Source: Myxococcota bacterium (lineage in GTDB: Bacteria > Myxococcota_A > UBA9160 > UBA6930). Taken from it: DNA of 64,000 nucleotides. This document shows positions 57,045 through 64,000 of the stretch, one piece after another; within the stretch, counting starts at the first letter, position 1, and each line of letters opens with the position of its first letter. The notes beneath the pieces were generated by a model. The model was not told the DNA's origin. It searched no databases and was given only the letters and a program-made list of their open reading frames with translations. The stretch covers positions 2,528,001-2,592,000 of the forward strand of contig OZ245002.1 in NCBI GenBank assembly GCA_965223415.1. The letters run 5' to 3'. The position numbers and the translations under genes are program-made.

Positions 57045-57859
57045 CCGGAAGGACCCGAACCCTCGCCCTCGTCGCTCTCGTCGTGCTGGCCGGAGCGCTC
57101 GCCGCCACCGCCCGGGCCGAGCGGGCCATGGAGGTGGTCCGGCCGGCCCACCGCCTCGCCGAGGAGCTGGTGCCGATCGCCCAGGCGGCGCTCGGCGAAG
57201 AAGGCACGGCCACCGCGGATCCGGCGACGAACAGCCTGCTCCTGGCTGGCGAGCGCCCGGCGGTGGAGCGCGCGAAGGCGCTGGTGCAGGCCCAGGACCG
57301 CCCGCGAAAGAGCGTCACGCTCCACTGGAGCGTCCGGGACCAGGCGGAGCTGGCGGGTGCCGGCGTGCGGGTGGACTGGAGCGCCGGGAGCGGCTCGTTG
57401 CGCGTCGGCACCCTACGCTTCCCGGAGGATCGCGTGGAGGTCGCCGCCGAGATCCTGCGCACCGAGCGCGAGCGGCGGCTCGAGGGCGTGCTCCGCGTGC
57501 TGGACGGGGAGACCGGCCGGATCGGTGCGGGCCACACGGTGCCGGTGACCACCCGGGACGGCTACGGCGGCACCTCAACGGCGTTCGTCACCGGGGAGCG
57601 GGGCTTCGAGGCCACGCCGCGGATCCTCGGGAGCGGCCGTGTGCGGGTCGACCTCCTGCCGATGGACGCACGGGTCGACCGGGCCGGCAACGTGGCCTTC
57701 GCCGCTGCCGCCACCCGGGTGGAGCTCGAGCCGGGCGAGACCGTCGCTCTGGGCTCCCTGGGCGAGCGCCGGGACGCCGGGCAGCGGGGCAGCCGGGTGC
57801 TCTCCACGAATCGCCTCCGTGAGGAACGGGTCTTCCTCCTACGCGTCGAGCTGGACTGA
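57041..57859 (+). CDS. exported protein with NolW/secretin-N and short secretin-like domain
   Basis: Signal peptide, ADPATNSLLL, LRVLDGETGRI.AG and GFEATPRI motifs. Confidence 0.7.
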   Translation: MTGRTRTLALVALVVLAGALAATARAERAMEVVRPAHRLAEELVPIAQAALGEEGTATADPATNSLLLAGERPAVERAKALVQAQDRPRKSVTLHWSVRDQAELAGAGVRVDWSAGSGSLRVGTLRFPEDRVEVAAEILRTERERRLEGVLRVLDGETGRIGAGHTVPVTTRDGYGGTSTAFVTGERGFEATPRILGSGRVRVDLLPMDARVDRAGNVAFAAAATRVELEPGETVALGSLGERRDAGQRGSRVLSTNRLREERVFLLRVELD

Positions 57860-57890
57860 AGTCCCGAGGCCGCCGCGCCGATGGGAACGC

Positions 57891-59462
57891 GTGAGCGATC
57901 GCCCCATCCGCACGCTGATGGTCGAGGCCGCCCCCCCGGCCGAGGGCTACGACGAAGCCCTCGCCGAAGCCGGGCTCGCCGTCGCCCGGGCGCCGAACCT
58001 CGACGCGGCCCTCGAGCGGCTGCGCTCCGATGCCTTCGACGTCGCCGTACTGAGCCATCCACTCCCCAGCAGCGACCTCATCGCCGGCTGCGCCGCGCTG
58101 CGCTCGCTGGCAGAGGCTCCTCCCCTCGTGCTGCTCGACGCCACGGAACAGTCGGCGGAGCTCGAGCGACTGGTGCCGGAGGCCATGCAGCCGAGCCTCG
58201 TGCTGCCCCGGCCCGTGGATGCGGTGAAGCTCGCGGAAGAGCTGCGGACCCTCCTCGACCGGCCGGCGCCGAAGACGAAGCGGAGGCCGGATGCTCCCCT
58301 CGTGCTGGCCCGCGTCGTGATGAACCTGTGCTCCGAGCGTGCGACCGGCGTGCTCGACGTGCGGGGCGAAGGGCGACGAACTCATATCCGCTTCGCCGAC
58401 GGACGCGTCGTGATGGCCGAAGGGGGATCGCTCCGCGAGAGCCTCGGCCGCATCCTCCTCCGCCGGGGCGAGCTGTCCGAGGGAGACTACGTCCGGGTGA
58501 TCGAGCGCATGACCGAGCGCGTGTACGAGCACGAGCCGGTGCGCATGGGCGAGGTGCTCGTCGAGCTCGGCCTGTTCACACCGGAGGAGGTGTTCGACGC
58601 CCTTCGGAGCCAGGTGAGCGAGAAGATCGTCGCGAGCTTCCGCACCTACGTGAGCCACGAGTTCCGCGAGGAAGAGCCGGAGACCGAGGTCGGCGGCTTC
58701 GGGCTGCCCGGGCCGGAGGCCCTCGTCGCCCTCGCGCTGACGACCTACCTGCGGGTGGAGGTCGCCCGCACCGCAGTCGAAGCCCAGCTCGAGGGCACTC
58801 CGCGGCTCGCCGCACCGCCCAGCTTCGTCGCCTCGCGGCTCGAGCTCGGAGCAGAGCAGGTCGCGCCGCTGCAGAGCGTCGATGGCACCCGCGGCGTGGG
58901 CGAGCTGCTGGCGGCCGTCGATGCGCGAATCCTGGCGACGCTGGAAGTGACGGGGCAGCTCGCGGCTCCCGCGCCTCCGGCCCGCCCGGAGCCCCCGCGG
59001 CGGCCACGGGCGCGACGCGCCCCGCCGACGCCGCGCGCCGAGTCCACCCCCCCGGCCTCCGCCGAGGATCGGGCCCGCGCCCGCCTCGAGGGAGAGCGGG
59101 CGTTCCGCCTGGGCCAGGAGCACCTGGCCGCCGACCGGGTCGCCGAGGCGCGCGAAGCCTTCGCCCGCGCCGTCGAGCTCGAACCCCTCGAGGCCGAGTA
59201 CCACATGTACGACACCTGGGCGTCCTACCTGTGCGCCCGCGTCGAGGTGCGCGTCCAGCGGGCCAAGCTCACCGCCTGTGCCCGCAAGGTAGCCGAAGAG
59301 GACGAGGCCTCTGGGCGCGCCCACACCATCCTGGGCCTGCTCGCCCTGGAAGAGGACGACCGCGCCCTCGCCCGCAAGGAGTTCCGCGCCGCCCTGCTCC
59401 GCGACCCCGACGACCAGGAAGCCCGGGCCGCCCTCGACCGCCTCGACACCCCCGCGACCTAG
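57891..59462 (+). CDS. receiver-like + DUF4388-like + TPR protein
   Basis: Degenerate REC N-terminus, ERATGVL..FADGRVV..ESLGRILLRRG, RMGEVLVELG and C-terminal TPRs. Confidence 0.75.
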   Translation: MSDRPIRTLMVEAAPPAEGYDEALAEAGLAVARAPNLDAALERLRSDAFDVAVLSHPLPSSDLIAGCAALRSLAEAPPLVLLDATEQSAELERLVPEAMQPSLVLPRPVDAVKLAEELRTLLDRPAPKTKRRPDAPLVLARVVMNLCSERATGVLDVRGEGRRTHIRFADGRVVMAEGGSLRESLGRILLRRGELSEGDYVRVIERMTERVYEHEPVRMGEVLVELGLFTPEEVFDALRSQVSEKIVASFRTYVSHEFREEEPETEVGGFGLPGPEALVALALTTYLRVEVARTAVEAQLEGTPRLAAPPSFVASRLELGAEQVAPLQSVDGTRGVGELLAAVDARILATLEVTGQLAAPAPPARPEPPRRPRARRAPPTPRAESTPPASAEDRARARLEGERAFRLGQEHLAADRVAEAREAFARAVELEPLEAEYHMYDTWASYLCARVEVRVQRAKLTACARKVAEEDEASGRAHTILGLLALEEDDRALARKEFRAALLRDPDDQEARAALDRLDTPAT

Positions 59463-59470
59463 GCCAACAG

Positions 59471-59544
59471 CGCAAGACTGGGGACGTTCCTTGCAACTTG
59501 CGTTCTTGAGAACGCAAGTTGCAAGGAACGTCCCCAGTCTTGCG
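59471..59544. repeat. perfect palindrome, 36-bp arms with a 2-bp spacer
   Basis: CGCAAGACTGGGGACGTTCCTTGCAACTTGCGTTCT-TG-AGAACGCAAGTTGCAAGGAACGTCCCCAGTCTTGCG, between convergent genes. Confidence 0.95.
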
Positions 59545-59546
59545 TT

Positions 59547-60827
59547 TTAGGGGGTGCTCTTGCGGCGCTCGACTTCGATCTCGAGGCGCTTCTTCTGCTC
59601 GGCGCGGAAGGCGTCGATCTCGAGCTGGAGGCGGCGGATCTCGAGCTCCTTGTTCTGCTGGCGGATGCGGTCGAGCTCGGCCATGGAGCGATCGGCGAGG
59701 TCCTTGCGGGCAAAGTTGAGGTCGAACTCGACGCTGCCGCGCGTGCCGTCGGTAGCGAGGGCGGTCACGCGGACCCGGTTCTTGCCGTCCGCGACGGGGA
59801 CGTAGCCGGTGAAGCCGCCGTCAGGGCCGAGGCGCACGTCGGTGGAAAAATCGCCGGTCGTGAGGTTCGTGAACACCACGTCCTCGACGTTGGCGAAGGT
59901 GATGCCCTGGAGGAGCGTGACGATCTGCCCCGGCTTCTGCACCGGCGTGTAGGTGCCGAGGGCGACCCGCGCCATCTCCGTCATCACCTTCGGGTATTTG
60001 AGGGCTTGCGGGCCGAGGGCGTAGGCGTTGATCGAGATGCCGGCCTTGTGGGCCAGCTCGGCGGCGCGGATGGCCGCCTCCTTGTCGCCTTCGTCGATCT
60101 CGTCACCCCGGCCGACGGGGAGCGTCGGCGCGCCGTCCGACAGGAAGAGGATGACCCGCCGCACGCCCTCTCGCGGCCGACTCTCGGCACCGGACAGGCC
60201 GGCCAGCTCGCGGATCCCGATGCGGATGCCGGCCGCGTAGTTCGTCGCGCCGTTGGTGCCCCGCGCCAGCACCGCGCCGAGCGCTCGACTGACCACCGCG
60301 TAGTCCGCGACGAGGGGCACCTCGAGCCGGGCGTCCTCCTGGTCGATCCGGCGCCGCCGGGCGGTGACCGGATCGACGTCGCCGGAGAAGCTGACCACCC
60401 CGACCCGCACGCGGTCCGGATCCAGGCTCTCGAGGAGCGCGTGGGCGGCCTGCACCTGGGCGGCGAGGATCGTGTCGCCAGGGTCAGTGCTCCGCACGCT
60501 GTCGTCGTAGGCGCCGGGCGGAAGCAGCTCGTTGTGGGGGTTCACGCCGACGATGCCGTCGCCGTCCACGTCGATGCCGCTGGCGGTCCGCGTCGAGTGG
60601 GACACGTCGATGGCCAGCATCACGTCGAAGTGCTCGGGTCGTTCGCCCTGGGCGGCGGCGCTCCCAGTCAGCCGTGCCTGGTGGACGTGGCCCTGGACGG
60701 TGACCCCCGGCGCCGGCGACTCGATCTGCACGCGCACGACGTTCTCGGCGGCAGCGGAAATGCACGGGCCGAGCAGGAGCAGCGAAAGCCAAAGGACGCA
60801 GCACAGGCGCCGGGCGAACGGGATCAT
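59547..60827 (-). CDS. exported von Willebrand factor A domain protein
   Basis: Signal peptide, IDVSHS MIDAS, VGVVSFS, GATNY and LFLSDG motifs. Confidence 0.85.
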   Translation of the reverse strand: MIPFARRLCCVLWLSLLLLGPCISAAAENVVRVQIESPAPGVTVQGHVHQARLTGSAAAQGERPEHFDVMLAIDVSHSTRTASGIDVDGDGIVGVNPHNELLPPGAYDDSVRSTDPGDTILAAQVQAAHALLESLDPDRVRVGVVSFSGDVDPVTARRRRIDQEDARLEVPLVADYAVVSRALGAVLARGTNGATNYAAGIRIGIRELAGLSGAESRPREGVRRVILFLSDGAPTLPVGRGDEIDEGDKEAAIRAAELAHKAGISINAYALGPQALKYPKVMTEMARVALGTYTPVQKPGQIVTLLQGITFANVEDVVFTNLTTGDFSTDVRLGPDGGFTGYVPVADGKNRVRVTALATDGTRGSVEFDLNFARKDLADRSMAELDRIRQQNKELEIRRLQLEIDAFRAEQKKRLEIEVERRKSTP

Positions 60828-61609
60828 CTCACCTCGTAGGGATCGTAGGGATCGTCGTAGCGATCCTCGGGAGGAACCCACGAATCGTAGCCGTCGTCCC
60901 CGGGCTGGGAGTCGGCGGGCGGCTCCTCCTGCAGGGCGCGGTCGCGCTCGCGCAGGGCCTCGGTCGGCCGGATCTCGATCTCGACGCGCCGGTTCTGCTG
61001 GCGCCCCGCCGCGGTGTCGTTGCTGGCCAGGGGCAGATCCTCGCCGAAGCCGATCGCCTGCACCCGGGAGGCGGGCACGCCTTGGGCGACGAGGTAGCGG
61101 CGCACCGCGTCGGCCCGATCCTCACTGAGCCGCAGGTTCGCGGCGCGATCACCGCTCCCGTCGGTGTGCCCCTTCACGACCGCCTCCGTATCCGGGTAGC
61201 GCAGGAGCGTATCGGCGAGCCGATCCAGCCGGCTGTAGGCGCCCGGGTGCAGGGCGTAGGAACCGACGTCGAACAGCACGTCGCCTGGGAAGGCCACGAA
61301 CAGGCGATCCTCGCGCCGCTCGACTTCCGCATCGGGGATGGCGTCGATCTCCTGGGCCTGCTGGTCGAGGGTGCGACCGATCAAGCCGCCGGCCAGTCCG
61401 CCGACGGCGGCGCCGATCAGGGCGCCGCGGCCGCGCTTGTGGTCGTCGGCCGCGGCCCCGGCGGCAGCGCCGAGGATTGCCCCGGCGATGGCGCCCTGGG
61501 TGGACTTCTTGTCGAGGGCCGTGCCCGTGGTGGTCTGGCAGCCGCCCAACGGAAGGGCGGCGGCGAGCAGCGCGGAGAGAAGGAGCGAAGACCGTCGCAG
61601 GGGTGCCAT
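60824..61609 (-). CDS. OmpA family lipoprotein with glycine zipper
   Basis: Lipobox LGGC, GAIAGAILGA, VLFDVGS, GHTD, LSEDRA and NRRVEI motifs. Confidence 0.92.
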   Translation of the reverse strand: MAPLRRSSLLLSALLAAALPLGGCQTTTGTALDKKSTQGAIAGAILGAAAGAAADDHKRGRGALIGAAVGGLAGGLIGRTLDQQAQEIDAIPDAEVERREDRLFVAFPGDVLFDVGSYALHPGAYSRLDRLADTLLRYPDTEAVVKGHTDGSGDRAANLRLSEDRADAVRRYLVAQGVPASRVQAIGFGEDLPLASNDTAAGRQQNRRVEIEIRPTEALRERDRALQEEPPADSQPGDDGYDSWVPPEDRYDDPYDPYEVR

Positions 61610-61800
61610 GGAATCCTCCGAATGGACGCGAGCATAGGATGCAGCCGCTCGACAGGGCATTCGATCCCGCGGGGAGCCCCTAGGGGCTTCTGGAGGCGTC
61701 CCTCCGGGCGGGAAAACCGTCGGGGCATTGACACTTCCTTCGGTGCTTCACCACTCCCTCTACAGGATGCCCCATCCCTGGCGGGGCTTCTCAAAGGTGG

Positions 61801-61832
61801 GAAGGCAGGGTCCCTTCGGGGGCCCTGCCTTC
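61801..61832 (+). other. strong hairpin with cUUCGg loop upstream of comM
   Basis: GAAGGCAGGGTCCC-TTCG-GGGGCCCTGCCTTC; no U-tract. Confidence 0.7.
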
Positions 61833-61874
61833 TGGCCGCCCTCCGAGCTCACCCCCCGGTCCCTGGAGCCCCCG

Positions 61875-63410
61875 ATGGGCGGCCACGCGCGGGTGCTCGG
61901 CGCCACCCTGCTCGGCATCGACGGGATCCCCGTGGAGGTCGAGGTCCGAATCAGCTCCCAGCTGCCGAGGATCAACATCGTCGGCCTGCCCGAGGCGGCG
62001 GTCCGCGAGAGCGCGGCGAGGGTGCGCGCAGCGGTGCAGGCGATCGGCATGCCCTTCCCGGATCGGCGCATCACCGTGAGCCTGGCCCCGGCGGCCTTGC
62101 GCAAGCAGGGGGCCGGCCTCGACCTGGCCATCGCCGCCGGCATCCTGGCTGCCGCGGGCACGATCCCACCGGACGTGATGGGCGGCGTCGGCCTGATCGG
62201 CGAGCTCGCCCTAGACGGGCGGCTGCGCCCCGTGCGGGGCGCGCTGGCCCTGGCCTCTTCCCTCCAGGCGGCCGGCTGCGGGCGCGTGATCCTGCCTGCG
62301 AGCCACGCCCGGGAAGCGGGCCTGCTCGGCGAGCCCGCCCCGGAGCTCGGCGGCCACCTGGGCGAGGTGATCGAGAGGCTGGCCACCGGCGAGGCGCTCG
62401 CCGCACCCGGAGCGAGCGAGCCGGAGGCCGACGGGCCCCGCGGCGCCCTGGATCTGGCCCTGGTCCGCGGCCAGGGCGAGGCCAAGCGGGCGCTCCTGAT
62501 CGCCGCCGCCGGCGGCCACGGCCTGCTCCTGCGCGGCGCCCCCGGCGCCGGCAAGACGCTCCTCGCCCGCTGTCTCCCGGGCCTGCTGCCGCCGCTCTCG
62601 AGGGCGGAGAGCCTCGAGGTCGCGCGCATCCACGATGCCGCCGGCCTACTGGACGATGCCGCGCCCCGCCGGCCCTTTCGCGCTCCGCACCACTCCGCCT
62701 CCCGCGCCGGCCTGCTCGGCGGCGGGCCCGCCCTCGCGCCCGGCGAAGTCACCCTGGCCCACCGCGGCGTGCTCTTCCTCGACGAGCTCCCGGAGTTCGA
62801 CCGGAGCGCGCTCGAAGCGCTGCGCCAGATCCTCGAGGAAGGCCGCGTCGCCCACGCCCGCGCCGTCGGCCGGGTCGTGCTGCCGGCCCGCTTCCAGCTC
62901 GTGGCCGCCGCCAACCCCTGCCGCTGCGGCTGGTATGGCTCCGGCGTGCGCGATTGCCGCTGCGACGACGGCGCCCTCGCCCGCTACGAAGCCCGCATCT
63001 CGGGCCCGCTCCTCGACCGCATCGATCTCCACCTGGCCGTGCAGCCGGTGCCCCTCGACGAGCTCGAACGGCGGCCGGAGGGTCCGGGCAGCGAGGCCCT
63101 CCGCGCCCGCGTGGTCGCCGCGCGCGAGCGCGGCGAGGCGCGCCTGGCCCGCGCGGGCCTAGCCGCCGAGCTCCGCCACAACGCCGCCATCCCCATCGGC
63201 GCCCTCGAAGAGCTGGTCCGTGCCACCCCGGACGCGCGCCGCGTGCTCTTCCGCGCCGCCGAGCGGCTCGCGCTCTCGGCGCGGGCGGCACACCGGCTGA
63301 TGCGGGTGGCGCGCACGATCGCAGACCTGGAAGGGGAGGAGCGGGTGGGGCCGGGGGAGATGGCGGAGGCGGTGGGGTATCGGCGTTCCCCGGGATCCGC
63401 GATCTCCTAG
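61875..63410 (+). CDS. comM: YifB/ComM Mg-chelatase-like AAA+ helicase
   Basis: IVGLPEAAVRES, GELALDG, GAPGAGKT, RPFRAPHHS, GEVTLAHRGVLFLDE, NPCRCG, SGPLLDRID and VARTIADL motifs. Confidence 0.93.
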   Translation: MGGHARVLGATLLGIDGIPVEVEVRISSQLPRINIVGLPEAAVRESAARVRAAVQAIGMPFPDRRITVSLAPAALRKQGAGLDLAIAAGILAAAGTIPPDVMGGVGLIGELALDGRLRPVRGALALASSLQAAGCGRVILPASHAREAGLLGEPAPELGGHLGEVIERLATGEALAAPGASEPEADGPRGALDLALVRGQGEAKRALLIAAAGGHGLLLRGAPGAGKTLLARCLPGLLPPLSRAESLEVARIHDAAGLLDDAAPRRPFRAPHHSASRAGLLGGGPALAPGEVTLAHRGVLFLDELPEFDRSALEALRQILEEGRVAHARAVGRVVLPARFQLVAAANPCRCGWYGSGVRDCRCDDGALARYEARISGPLLDRIDLHLAVQPVPLDELERRPEGPGSEALRARVVAARERGEARLARAGLAAELRHNAAIPIGALEELVRATPDARRVLFRAAERLALSARAAHRLMRVARTIADLEGEERVGPGEMAEAVGYRRSPGSAIS

Positions 63411-63465
63411 CGGGCCGCCCGGAGGGGTCTCGGGCCGAGGGCCCGGTCGGCCGAAGAGTCGCGCC

Positions 63466-64000
63466 ATGGACTCCTGCGATCGGAGCGATGCTTCCGGTGG
63501 AGCGACCCCGCTCCGCGGGCCCGGTTCCGCCTCCGATCGGGAGCGCGTCGAGGCCGAGCACACCAGCTGGCACGGCCGGATGCTCCGCACCCACCTGCGG
63601 GTGGGCCTTGTGCTCTCGGCGGTCTTCGGGGTGGCGTGGGCCTCCCTCGTCTCGCCGGCCTTCGCCTGGGTGTATCTCGGCGCCTTCCTCGGGTGGCTCG
63701 GGACCCTGCGGCTCCTCGACGCGACGGGGCGCCCGGTGCTCTGCGGGCGGATCGGCTGCGCGATCCTGTTCGGTGTCTGCGTGAGCACCGCGGCCCTGCT
63801 GGGCGGCCTCCACTCGAACTCGCTCTCCTGGCTCCTGCTCATGCCGGTCGCGGCCGCCACGGCGACCGTCGACAGGCGGGAGACCTGGGCGTGGGCGGGC
63901 GCCTCCGCATTGGCCGCGTGCGGCTTCTTCTTCTGGGCGGAGGCGGGAAGGCCGGCGGACGCACCGCTCATGGGAAACCTGGCGCCCCTCGTGCTCATCG
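63466..64000 (+). CDS. partial membrane protein, possibly a sensor domain (runs off the window)
   Basis: Open frame from ATG 63466 with several TM segments (GGLHSNSLSWLLLMPV). Confidence 0.6.
   Translation, partial: MDSCDRSDASGGATPLRGPGSASDRERVEAEHTSWHGRMLRTHLRVGLVLSAVFGVAWASLVSPAFAWVYLGAFLGWLGTLRLLDATGRPVLCGRIGCAILFGVCVSTAALLGGLHSNSLSWLLLMPVAAATATVDRRETWAWAGASALAACGFFFWAEAGRPADAPLMGNLAPLVLI

Noticed and set aside
61792..61835. T-box antiterminator (AAAGGTGG before a hairpin)
   Set aside because: It lacks the following ACC and stem I, and the downstream gene is comM.
1..64000. CRISPR array or cas genes
   Set aside because: No regularly spaced direct repeats and no Cas-like ORFs seen. The recurring motifs in 1-8 kb are attC boxes and IS ends.

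Overview
GC-rich bacterial DNA; gene content suggests Myxococcota/deltaproteobacteria (inference). (1) 1-12.8 kb is a decayed integron cassette array on the minus strand: four recognisable attC sites, a DUF4160/DUF2442 toxin-antitoxin pair, and no intI in the window. It is riddled with insertion sequences: IS5, IS481, IS21, three complete IS110/IS1111 elements, one truncated copy and two remnants. The non-coding ends of the IS110-family elements can be read as bridge/seek RNAs whose guide segments match their own insertion sites. Three different elements sit at three different positions of one attC site, and a fourth sits in a tRNA-Arg(TCG)-like hairpin. (2) 12.8-64 kb is mostly housekeeping and accessory genes: ABC transporter/DUF1854, asd, tesB, LLM oxidoreductases, two large regulators, a cluster of secreted hypothetical proteins, RND efflux, a divergent MetRS, glycosylation genes, asnS, OmpA/vWA and comM. 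It also holds two candidate leader-peptide attenuators, an IS1-like element with a sigma54-type promoter, a perfect 74-bp palindrome and a candidate sRNA. All family assignments are from motif recognition by eye; no searches were run.
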